40,944 bases of DNA from positions 1-40,944 of the forward strand of contig CALKJP010000019.1 of assembly GCA_937995645.1 (NCBI GenBank), written 5' to 3'. The position numbers and the translations under genes were made by a program. Each line of letters begins with the position of its first letter. Positions within the stretch are counted from its first letter, which is position 1. This DNA is from an uncultured Bacteroidia bacterium. Its GTDB lineage: Bacteria; Bacteroidota; Bacteroidia; JACCXN01. Positions 1 to 8,533 of this stretch are shown here, piece after piece. The notes under the pieces were generated by a model. It did not search any database, was not told where the DNA came from, and worked only from the letters and a program-made list of their open reading frames with translations.

Positions 1-695
1 GGTTTTAATCCTAACTCAATGGCCGAAACTTCATTTTTATATAATAATAAATCGCGTGCAAAAGTTATTGGTACTAATATATACTTAGTATCAAATTCAT
101 ATTGTACAGAAAAAATTCCGGAAGGATAAACAGGCATAACATTAAATGCTTCTTCGGGTCTTGAATGAATATTAGCGGTTCTTTTAGGTACATAAAGATA
201 TAATGGAGTAGCCATATTAAGTAGATTAATATCGAGATTGGCTGCAATGCCATACCCCACTACAGCATAATTTTCTTGTGTATTATTAAACCAAAATGAA
301 CCTTCTGTAAGCATGGTATCTAATCTACTCATGGGAACAAAATTTTCATCTACGCCCTTTATAGTACCTATAAATTGTTTGTCTTTATATTTTATCAAGG
401 CATTTTCTTCTAATACTTCTGTAAAATATGCAACAGCAGGATGTTCTTTTATACTATAAATTTCTTGAGGATTAAAAACTTTTCCTTGAGCAGCTGTAAT
501 TTTTATTTGAGGGTCAAAGGCATTATACATAGAAATTACCAAACCTTCTATACCGTTAAAAACTGAAAGCACTGTAATAAGCGCCATACTACCCACGGCA
601 ACACCAATAATAGCAATACGAGTAATAATGTTTATTACATTATTATTTTTTTTAGCAAAAAGGTAACGTTTGGCGATATATAGTGGAAAGTTCAT
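1..695 (-). CDS. ABC transporter permease, LolC/E (FtsX-like) family; runs off the window at the 3' end
   Basis: Not in the ORF track. Manual translation from ATG at 695 gives MNFPLYIAKRYLFAKKNNNVINIITRIAIIGVAVGSMALITVLSVFNGIEG, the typical LolC/E N-terminus. Confidence 0.85.
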   Translation of the reverse strand, partial: MNFPLYIAKRYLFAKKNNNVINIITRIAIIGVAVGSMALITVLSVFNGIEGLVISMYNAFDPQIKITAAQGKVFNPQEIYSIKEHPAVAYFTEVLEENALIKYKDKQFIGTIKGVDENFVPMSRLDTMLTEGSFWFNNTQENYAVVGYGIAANLDINLLNMATPLYLYVPKRTANIHSRPEEAFNVMPVYPSGIFSVQYEFDTKYILVPITFARDLLLYKNEVSAIELGLK

Positions 696-722
696 GTTTG
701 TTTAATGCACTAAAATAGTACA

Positions 723-1517
723 TTATTTCCATGCTTTTACAATCAGGCCATCTCCTGAGCGGTGTAAACGCATTACATCAAAATAATTTAACACCATACA
801 TACAGGAAATACAAACAGATAGTAAATTGGGATTAATAAGAACAGCCATTTATAAGCATTAAAAATTATCAATGGAATTTTGATGCTTAAATACCATGAA
901 AGTTTACCGGATGGACCATAAGCGTATAATACATTTACGCGCGAGAATCCAACTCGTTTCAGCTTATCTTCAATCTCTTTAGGGGTATAACCGTTTCTAA
1001 CCATGGCATCATCTGAATTTTTCAGTTTATCTTTCCCCAACTTTTCTTTTGGAGTAGATAACAAAAGCATGGATCCCTGTTTTAAAGATCTATAAAAGTT
1101 TGTAAAAACCTGTTCATCTTCTACAATATGCTCCATTACATCAACCGAGAGAATTAAATCGAAGGTGTTTTCTTTTACAAAACTTCTTAAATCGGCTGTT
1201 TTAAAAATTCCGTTTGTCTTTTTAAGTTTTAGAAAAAAGTTGTTGCAATCACTTACTAATTCTTCATTTATATCAACACCTAATACATTCCAGAATTTAT
1301 TACGCGATGTAAGATAATAAGCATACTGACCAAAACCAGAACCCGCATCAAGAATTAATGTTTTGCATTCGCATTTATTTTCCCATCGAATTATTTCTCG
1401 CTTAATATGCCACGAGCGCAATATTAACAAATCAAGAACCTTATAAAACAGGATTCTAAAATAAGGATGTTTATTTATGATATTTTTTAAGCTGTTTTTT
1501 AATTCAGCATACTGCAT
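723..1517 (-). CDS. Class I SAM-dependent methyltransferase with a hydrophobic C-terminal segment
   Basis: Motif I ILDAGSGFG, acidic GVD, FDLILSVDVMEHI; hydrophobic tail WLFLLIPIYYLFVFPVCMVL. Confidence 0.85.
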   Translation of the reverse strand: MQYAELKNSLKNIINKHPYFRILFYKVLDLLILRSWHIKREIIRWENKCECKTLILDAGSGFGQYAYYLTSRNKFWNVLGVDINEELVSDCNNFFLKLKKTNGIFKTADLRSFVKENTFDLILSVDVMEHIVEDEQVFTNFYRSLKQGSMLLLSTPKEKLGKDKLKNSDDAMVRNGYTPKEIEDKLKRVGFSRVNVLYAYGPSGKLSWYLSIKIPLIIFNAYKWLFLLIPIYYLFVFPVCMVLNYFDVMRLHRSGDGLIVKAWK

Positions 1518-1524
1518 AGCAACA

Positions 1525-1866
1525 CTATTTTTTTAACAGCTCATCTATTTTTGCAGCGTAATCTAAAGAATCATCGAGGTAAAATGCCAGCTCGGGTATT
1601 ATTCGTAATTGTTTGCCAACACGCTCGCCTAATTTATGGCGTGTGTGCAAATAATTTTCGTTGATTGTATCAAATACTTCTAAACGATTCCCTTTGGGAT
1701 GGAAAATACTAATATATACTTTTGCAAACGACAAATCCGGGCTGATTCTAACCACTGTTACAGAAATCATTGCACCCTGATAATTGATAGTGCTCTCTAA
1801 ACGAAAAATTTCGCTTAATTCTTTCTGTAATAATCTTTCAACCTTTAACTGCCTTTTAGAACTCAT
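1525..1866 (-). CDS. rbfA: 30S ribosome-binding factor A
   Basis: RQLKVERLLQKELSEI, VRISPDLSFAKVYISIF, QLRIIPELAFYLDDSLDYA. Confidence 0.97.
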   Translation of the reverse strand: MSSKRQLKVERLLQKELSEIFRLESTINYQGAMISVTVVRISPDLSFAKVYISIFHPKGNRLEVFDTINENYLHTRHKLGERVGKQLRIIPELAFYLDDSLDYAAKIDELLKK

Positions 1867-1883
1867 GATACATAAAATATGTG

Positions 1884-1891
1884 CAAAGGTA
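1884..1891 (-). promoter_or_regulatory. Bacteroidota sigma-A -7 element (TACCTTTG) for rbfA
   Basis: caaaggta on the + strand reads TACCTTTG, 17 nt upstream of the rbfA ATG, matching TAnnTTTG. Confidence 0.65.
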
Positions 1892-1944
1892 GCAATATTG
1901 TAAGATTAAGTAAAACAATTAGTGCTAATTATATGTATGATAGT

Positions 1945-2703
1945 TTATTCGTAGTAATAAACACGAATTATGGCGGCATCCTGAAGAAAATCAATTTTAG
2001 TAATGGAGATGCGGTGTATTTTTAATCCTGTTCTGTTTTTTAAATCGGCTATTAATATATCTCTTTTTTCGGGCTGAATAAGTTCAATATTTTCGTAAGT
2101 AATAAGTTTACTGTACTCACGTTTCATTAAAATATTACCATCTAATGCATACACGCTTAATATAATTACTCCGTATATAGCAGCTTGTTCGTAGTATTCT
2201 AACTTAATGGCTCCTATCAATCCAATTGCAATTACTACAAAAAGATAAGTCATATCTTTTGTAGAAATATCTTCGGTGCGATAACGTAGCATAGAGAAAA
2301 TAGCAAATAAGCCAAAAGCTGCACCCATTGATATTTTTATATGATTGAGCAAATAGGTAAGCAGAAAAACAACCATATTAAAAAGGAAGAAAGTAAACAT
2401 AAAATCTTTGTTACCATAATTGGGCAGATAAATTAATCGAAGAATTACTAATAAAGCCAGAATATTTAATGCCATACTGATGAAAAAATTTTTATCAACT
2501 CGAATATCTTCTTTCATTTCATCTCTCTTCTTCTTTTTCTTCTTATCTTTTTCTGCATCTTTAAATTCTGTATTTTCTTCAAAATAGCTTTCTATAGATG
2601 TATTATCATTTTGTGCTAATAGAAATGAATTTGTGTCTGCTTTAACAGGGCTAAAGAATAAGCCGAGAAGCACTATTAAAATTGAGATTATAAACTTATA
2701 CAT
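1945..2703 (-). CDS. DUF4956 family membrane protein with N-terminal signal-like and charged extension
   Basis: GAAFGLFAIFSMLRYRTEDISTKDMTYLF and C-terminal ITYENIELIQPEKRDILIADLKNRTGL motifs; several TM segments; adjacent to a VTC gene. Confidence 0.85.
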   Translation of the reverse strand: MYKFIISILIVLLGLFFSPVKADTNSFLLAQNDNTSIESYFEENTEFKDAEKDKKKKKKRDEMKEDIRVDKNFFISMALNILALLVILRLIYLPNYGNKDFMFTFFLFNMVVFLLTYLLNHIKISMGAAFGLFAIFSMLRYRTEDISTKDMTYLFVVIAIGLIGAIKLEYYEQAAIYGVIILSVYALDGNILMKREYSKLITYENIELIQPEKRDILIADLKNRTGLKIHRISITKIDFLQDAAIIRVYYYE

Positions 2704-3439
2704 AGAAATTAGTTTTAACGATTTTTCTTATTTTGGGTTTAAATAAATTTTGTTTTACAGGTTTTAAAAGAGCCATTCCCAGACAATATTTACTGATAAA
2801 TCCTTCTTTAATACGCATACTTTTTAAAACACTTTCGGCTTTGGTTACCACCGGCAAATTATCTTGTTTTATTTCAACAATAGCAATATTTTCTAACGTT
2901 CTGGAAACTGTGTTATCAACAAATGTCAAATTTAAGTCAACTGTTACGCGCTCCGGTGCTTCTTTGTTTACTAAAGTTATGCGATAATATTCGATATTTA
3001 ATGAATTAATAAGCGGTTTGGAAGATTTGTAAAATTGACTGATAAAATTTTCTTCATTGGGTGTAATGATGCCCGGTGTTGCAACATCAATTCTTTTTTT
3101 AATGGTACGGCCTTTATTGGTTTTTAATTTTATTTCCAGAAAATGAATTCCGCTTTCGAGATAACTTCTAAAACGAATTTTAAAACGATTAAGTTTTTTA
3201 TTATGATGGGCTTTGTACAAGTCAAAATCTGGTGTATCAAAATAATAGGATTTGTATGCGTTTATTCTAACAGCATTTATCTCAAGCACTCTGTAATAGG
3301 ATTTAATTTCTACTAACCAAGTTTCTAATTGCTTAAGAGTAAGCATAAATTTTTTATCTGTGCGACTGAGCAATTTTACATTGTCCATTTCGCTCAGAGA
3401 GATAGGCTCAAACTGCTGGATGATACGTTGAACTGTCAA
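2696..3439 (-). CDS. VTC domain (polyphosphate polymerase-like, CYTH/TTM fold) protein
   Basis: RTDKKF, SYYFDTPDF, RFKIRFRSY, FLEIKLK, ERVTVD, IVEIK, SKYCLG. TTG start overlaps the upstream TGA. Confidence 0.88.
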   Translation of the reverse strand: MTVQRIIQQFEPISLSEMDNVKLLSRTDKKFMLTLKQLETWLVEIKSYYRVLEINAVRINAYKSYYFDTPDFDLYKAHHNKKLNRFKIRFRSYLESGIHFLEIKLKTNKGRTIKKRIDVATPGIITPNEENFISQFYKSSKPLINSLNIEYYRITLVNKEAPERVTVDLNLTFVDNTVSRTLENIAIVEIKQDNLPVVTKAESVLKSMRIKEGFISKYCLGMALLKPVKQNLFKPKIRKIVKTNFYV

Positions 3440-4002
3440 GGATAAAATTCGTATTCGTACTTTTTGGTTGAAATTAATTTATTGTCGGCATCGTAGGTTT
3501 TCTTTAATGTTCGTAAGCCTTTTGAATCATAATCGTAAGTTGATTTTTCAATCAGCTTTCCCGATCCATCAAAAACCTGCTCTCCTTTTTTTTCACCCGA
3601 ACCGGTATAAGTATATTTTATTTTTTTAAGTAAATTATTTTTGTTATCATAAATAAGCTCTTCGATTATAAGTTTAGCGGCTCCATATTTATATTTATGA
3701 ATTGTTTTAACTTCTCCGTTTTCGTTGTAAATAGTTTCTGATACAATTTCTCCGGTTTTATTGTACTCAAAATCTTTTTTTCGTTTAATTTTTCCATCGT
3801 TATTTCTAACTTCTTCCGAAAGTATATTTCCGTCTTTATTAAACTCTCGTAATTCTAAAACCGTTGATTTTTCGGTAGAATTATCTACAATAATTTCCTT
3901 ATACGTTTTTATATGATATTTTTTTACATCCTTTTTCTTTTGTGCAAAAATTATTATCGGAATTAAAAGCAAAACAGATACTATGTAAAATATGAGCTTC
4001 AT
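3436..4002 (-). CDS. Exported Lys-rich protein with five 26-aa YD/RHS-like beta-hairpin repeats
   Basis: Signal peptide (..PIIIFA|Q); repeats such as EYNKTGEIVSETIYNENGEVKTIHKY and DYDSKGLRTLKKTYDADNKLISTKKY. Confidence 0.75.
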   Translation of the reverse strand: MKLIFYIVSVLLLIPIIIFAQKKKDVKKYHIKTYKEIIVDNSTEKSTVLELREFNKDGNILSEEVRNNDGKIKRKKDFEYNKTGEIVSETIYNENGEVKTIHKYKYGAAKLIIEELIYDNKNNLLKKIKYTYTGSGEKKGEQVFDGSGKLIEKSTYDYDSKGLRTLKKTYDADNKLISTKKYEYEFYP

Positions 4003-4730
4003 TAATCGGCTATTATTAAATCAGGAATTTCGTACACTTTATTATTTTCTGTAATATTTACTTCGATGATAACAGGTACTTTGCCGGATGTTTGCATGGT
4101 GGTATCATCTGATAATGCATACACTTTATATTTCCCTTTTCGTAAATTATTTAACTGAAATTCTCCATTTAATCCGGTTCTTATTCGTTTGCTTTCGCCA
4201 ATATCTCTGCCATATACAAAAAAAATATCTTCATCGGGTTTATAGTATTGATCTACAACTACTGTGTAAGATGCAGCATATTTTTTATAAAACAATTTTC
4301 CTTTAATTGATGATGATCCGTTATTATCTGCTTCTTCATAAATGTAAAAATCATCAATTGTTATTTCTTGATTGTTTTTAGCGATTTCAACTTCTTTAAC
4401 AATGGCAATACTATTATCATCCGAAAGTGTTTTAGGGTCTAAACTATAGGCGTAAATTTTATACTTTCCTTTACGTAAATATCTGAATTCAAATTCTCCC
4501 TTAGGTCCTGTACGTATATCATTGTCCGGCATATTTTTATCACCATACACTATGTAAATGCGCTTATCAGCCCCTACATCATCAAAAGCATAAGGAACCT
4601 CTGGCGAATGAAAATTTTTAACATATAAAGTACCTTTAATGGTAGCTCCGCCCCCCTCACCCGGCGCTTTTTTGCAGGAAAAAATTAAAATTGAAATTAG
4701 AAAAAAGAAAATTATTATTAATTTATTCAT
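4002..4730 (-). CDS. Lipoprotein with two tandem beta-sandwich (carboxypeptidase-regulatory/prealbumin-like) domains
   Basis: Lipobox IFSC; duplicated IRTGxxGEFxxxxLRKGKYKxYAxS motif; TAATG overlap with the next gene. Confidence 0.75.
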   Translation of the reverse strand: MNKLIIIFFFLISILIFSCKKAPGEGGGATIKGTLYVKNFHSPEVPYAFDDVGADKRIYIVYGDKNMPDNDIRTGPKGEFEFRYLRKGKYKIYAYSLDPKTLSDDNSIAIVKEVEIAKNNQEITIDDFYIYEEADNNGSSSIKGKLFYKKYAASYTVVVDQYYKPDEDIFFVYGRDIGESKRIRTGLNGEFQLNNLRKGKYKVYALSDDTTMQTSGKVPVIIEVNITENNKVYEIPDLIIAD

Positions 4731-4749
4731 TAATTTATTGTTAATTTAA

Positions 4750-4757
4750 CAAAGATA
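4750..4757 (-). promoter_or_regulatory. -7 promoter element (TATCTTTG) for the lipoprotein-VTC-DUF4956 operon
   Basis: caaagata on the + strand, 19 nt upstream of the ATG at 4730. Confidence 0.6.
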
Positions 4758-4881
4758 AAAAATTAATAAGGCATTAGCTAAACGCTCGACTATTTTGCTA
4801 AAATGTTGTTTTTTAGGAGCTTTTGTATTAACTTTATCGTAACATACTCTTATATAAAGAATTTGTTTTATATAATACTTT

Positions 4882-7422
4882 ATGAAAAAAAAACTACTTC
4901 TGCTAATTCTTACAATTAGTCTTTCTTTCTATTATTTAAGTGCTCAGGTTGTTATTAATGAATATTCTTGTTCAAATATAAATACTATTGCCGATAGTTT
5001 TGGAGAGTATGAAGATTGGATTGAATTATACAATTCCGGTTCATCAGCCGTAAATCTGCAGGGATATTACTTGAGTGATAATCAAAACAAGCCAGACAAA
5101 TGGACTTTTCCGAATATAAGTATAAATGCCGGTGGCCGATTAATGGTTTTTTGTTCCGGTCGAAATACGGTTACCGGCTCTGCGGTACATACCAACTTTA
5201 AATTAACGCAAACTAAACCCGAACGCATTATATTCTCAAGCCCTACATTACAGGAATTAGAAAATATTTTGTTAGTTCCAACTCAAAAAAATCATTCACG
5301 CGGGAGAACAAATGATGGCGCAGCAACATGGAGTTTATTTACAACACCTACTCCCAATGCTGCCAATGCTAACCCAAAGCAAGAATACGCTACTAAACCG
5401 GTTTTAAGTGTTCAAGCAGGGTTTTATTCCAGCGCACAAACAGTAAGTATTACAAGTCCTGATGCCAATGTAACCATACGATATACTTTAGACGGAACAG
5501 AACCTACGGCTGCTTCTACTGCATATACTGCGCCTTTAAATATAACGCAAACAACCGTTGTAAAAGCAAAAGCATTTAGTGCTAATCCTGATATACCACC
5601 CAGTTTTACCGAAACTAATACCTATTTTATAAATGTTACGCATTCGTTTGCTGTTGTATCCGTTAGCGGAACAAATTTAAACTTACTCTTTGGCGGCAAT
5701 CAAACAGAAAGGGAAGGCTGGTTTGAATATTTCAATGACAGTTTAATTTTTAAATCGGAAGCATCCGGCATGTTTAACAAACATGGAAATGACTCATGGG
5801 CATATCAGCAAAGAGGAGTTGATTTTGTAGCACGCGATCAGTTTGGTGATAATTATGGCATTTTACATAAACTATTTAAAACCAAAAACAGAAAAGAATT
5901 TCAACGATTAATATTAAAAGCTGCTGCAAACGATAACTATCCTTTTGAAACCGGCGGAGCACATATACGAGATTCGTACGTACATCATTTATCACAAACA
6001 GGAAAATTAAATTTAGATGAACGCAGCTGGGCGCCTGTTATACTATACATGAATGGTCAATACTGGGGGGTTTATGATATTCGCGAAAAAGTAGATGATC
6101 ATGATTTTACAGATCACTACTATAATCAAGGGGAATTTGACTTGCAATTTTTAAAAACATGGGGCGCCACATGGTCGGAATATGGAGGAATCCAAGCTCA
6201 AACAGATTGGAATACATTAAGAAACTTTATTACCTCTAACAACATGGCCATACAAGCAAATTTTGACCATGTGGACAGTTTATACAACTGGAAAAGTTTG
6301 GTAGATTATTTTTGCCTAAATTCTTACGTAGTATGTATGGATTGGCTCAACTGGAATACCGCATGGTGGAGAGGCCTAAATCCTAATGGCGACAAAAAGA
6401 AATGGAGATACGTTTTGTGGGATATGGATGCCACATTTGGTCATTATATAAACTATACAGGAATACCCGACCAATCAGCCAATGCCGACCCTTGTAATGT
6501 TGAAAATTTGCCTAATCCCGGAGGGCAAGGTCATACCCAAATTTTAAACGCATTAATGGCCAATCCAACATTTAAGCAATATTACATTAGCCGATACATC
6601 GATTTAGGGAATACCGTATTTTCCTGCACCAATATGCTAAATTTATTGGATAGCATGATAGCTGTAATTGCTCCGGAAATGCCGGGGCAAATAGCAAAAT
6701 GGGGTGGCAGTATGGCGGGATGGCAAAACAATGTACAACAGTTACGAAATTTTATTCAGCAACGTTGTGTTGCTATTTCGCAAGGGATGAACGATTGTTA
6801 CCAAACCACCGGACCTTATGTAGTAAAATTCAATGTTTCACCACCAAATTCAGGAACTATAAAAATCAACTCCATAACACCAACCAATTATGTATTTACA
6901 GGCAATTATTATGGCAACATTCAAACGCTATTGAGAGCTAATCCTTCTCCGGGGTATATTTTTGACAAATGGTTTATTGCAAACAATTCCATTTTACCCT
7001 CCATTTATGATAGCAGTGCTTATGTTACATTTTCACAAGCAGATAGTGTAGTTGCTATTTTTAAATTAATTCAAACTCCGCAAGACAGCATCCCAACACC
7101 TGACCCTGACACAACAGACACAACGGTAGTAACACCCGGAGGGCCGGGTGCAGGAATTTTTGTACCAAATGCATTTTCTCCCAATGGCGATGGAAATAAT
7201 GATATATTAAAGCTTTATGGTGCAAAAATTCAAAGCATAGAATTTTATGTTTATAACCGATGGGGGCAACGCGTATTTGAATCGAAAGAATTAAGTAAAA
7301 CATGGGATGGAACATTTAACGGAGAATTGTTGAATGCCGGGGTTTATCCTTACCTGCTCAGAGTTGTTTTTGAAAATGGCGATAATCTGGAGAAGCGAGG
7401 TAATATAACATTAGTAAGATAA
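4882..7422 (+). CDS. Secreted CotH kinase family protein: lamin-tail domain, Fn3-associated domain, CotH kinase, T9SS type B C-terminal sorting domain
   Basis: Signal peptide; VVINE...DWIELYN (LTD); IRYTLDGTEPT (Fn3-associated/CHB_HEX_C); LYMNGQYWGVYDIREK, DWLNWN, KWRYVLWDMDATFG (CotH); FVPNAFSPNGDGNND...YNRWG...WDG...GNITLVR (type B CTD). Confidence 0.9.
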   Translation: MKKKLLLLILTISLSFYYLSAQVVINEYSCSNINTIADSFGEYEDWIELYNSGSSAVNLQGYYLSDNQNKPDKWTFPNISINAGGRLMVFCSGRNTVTGSAVHTNFKLTQTKPERIIFSSPTLQELENILLVPTQKNHSRGRTNDGAATWSLFTTPTPNAANANPKQEYATKPVLSVQAGFYSSAQTVSITSPDANVTIRYTLDGTEPTAASTAYTAPLNITQTTVVKAKAFSANPDIPPSFTETNTYFINVTHSFAVVSVSGTNLNLLFGGNQTEREGWFEYFNDSLIFKSEASGMFNKHGNDSWAYQQRGVDFVARDQFGDNYGILHKLFKTKNRKEFQRLILKAAANDNYPFETGGAHIRDSYVHHLSQTGKLNLDERSWAPVILYMNGQYWGVYDIREKVDDHDFTDHYYNQGEFDLQFLKTWGATWSEYGGIQAQTDWNTLRNFITSNNMAIQANFDHVDSLYNWKSLVDYFCLNSYVVCMDWLNWNTAWWRGLNPNGDKKKWRYVLWDMDATFGHYINYTGIPDQSANADPCNVENLPNPGGQGHTQILNALMANPTFKQYYISRYIDLGNTVFSCTNMLNLLDSMIAVIAPEMPGQIAKWGGSMAGWQNNVQQLRNFIQQRCVAISQGMNDCYQTTGPYVVKFNVSPPNSGTIKINSITPTNYVFTGNYYGNIQTLLRANPSPGYIFDKWFIANNSILPSIYDSSAYVTFSQADSVVAIFKLIQTPQDSIPTPDPDTTDTTVVTPGGPGAGIFVPNAFSPNGDGNNDILKLYGAKIQSIEFYVYNRWGQRVFESKELSKTWDGTFNGELLNAGVYPYLLRVVFENGDNLEKRGNITLVR

Positions 7423-7431
7423 GGAGGAAGA

Positions 7432-8451
7432 ATGAAAAAAATTATCCCACTTATTTTACTTTTCGCACCTGCATTTTCCATTGCGCAGGACATACATTTT
7501 TCGCAATATTACGAAACCCCATTAATAATTAATCCTGCATCTGCCGGATTTTATGACGGCAGACAAAGAGCTGTTTTAAATTATAAAAATCAATGGCAGG
7601 GAATTCCTAATCCATTTGTTACCATGGCAGCATCGTTTGATATGCCATTGTTTGAAAGCAGCAAACGAAATGCGCATTTAGGAATGGGAATTAACGCTTA
7701 CCGCGATCAGGCAGGCGATGCAAAATTGGGAACTACTCAGATAAACCTATCCATTTCAGGAATTGTAAAATTAAATCCGCAAAATAAAATTTCTGTTGGT
7801 ATGCAAGGAGGCGGAGCGCAGCGCTCCGCCAATTTCAGCAATTTGGAATGGGGGAATCAGTTTAATGGAAGCGGGTTTAATACCGGCATTGCTTCAAATG
7901 AAATGAATACACTCAGTTCATTTTTATATGGTGATTTATCAGCCGGTATCTTTTACGAATTTAGTAATACCGAAAATTCATTTGCAGGTAAAGATGTTTT
8001 TAAGTTTAATTTTGGAATATCTGGTTTTCATTTAAATAAACCTGATTTGAATTTTTATAATGGTGCAAGCGACAAATTACATTCTCGATATGTAGTTCAC
8101 TCTTCTTTACGATACGACATTCCTGAAACGCGATTATCTATTGTACCAATGGCCATGTACGCCATGCAAGGGCCATCGAGTGAATTGCTGGCAAGCATGA
8201 TTTTTAGAATCAGCCTTTCAGAGTCTGGGAAAATAACCACCATATTTAAAGAATCTTCTTTATCATTTGGTTGTGGCATAAGAAGCGGAGATGCCATTAT
8301 TCCGCAAGTAATGCTTGAATTTCATGATTATAGTTTTGGCGTTTCTTACGATGTTAAAGCAGGTTCAAAAGCCTATGGTGTTAATGGAGGGCTTGAAGTA
8401 TTTTTACGCTATACCAACTGGAAAGGACCTCTTTATAAAGGAAAAAAATAA
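7432..8451 (+). CDS. PorP/SprF family type IX secretion system membrane protein
   Basis: QDIHFSQYYETPLIINPASAG, NYKNQW, GVSYDV, GGLEVFLRY; directly follows a type-B-CTD gene. Confidence 0.92.
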   Translation: MKKIIPLILLFAPAFSIAQDIHFSQYYETPLIINPASAGFYDGRQRAVLNYKNQWQGIPNPFVTMAASFDMPLFESSKRNAHLGMGINAYRDQAGDAKLGTTQINLSISGIVKLNPQNKISVGMQGGGAQRSANFSNLEWGNQFNGSGFNTGIASNEMNTLSSFLYGDLSAGIFYEFSNTENSFAGKDVFKFNFGISGFHLNKPDLNFYNGASDKLHSRYVVHSSLRYDIPETRLSIVPMAMYAMQGPSSELLASMIFRISLSESGKITTIFKESSLSFGCGIRSGDAIIPQVMLEFHDYSFGVSYDVKAGSKAYGVNGGLEVFLRYTNWKGPLYKGKK

Positions 8452-8533
8452 TCCGTTTAAACAACTTAGATCAATAGAGCGTTATAAATAATGAGCTAAA
8501 ACTCATTCATTCTTCAAATCAAAAAATCATCAA

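Noticed and set aside
3436-4002. RHS/YD toxin or antitoxin interpretation
   Set aside because: It is only 188 aa, with no RHS core signature, toxin tip or immunity gene, and it is coupled to the VTC operon.
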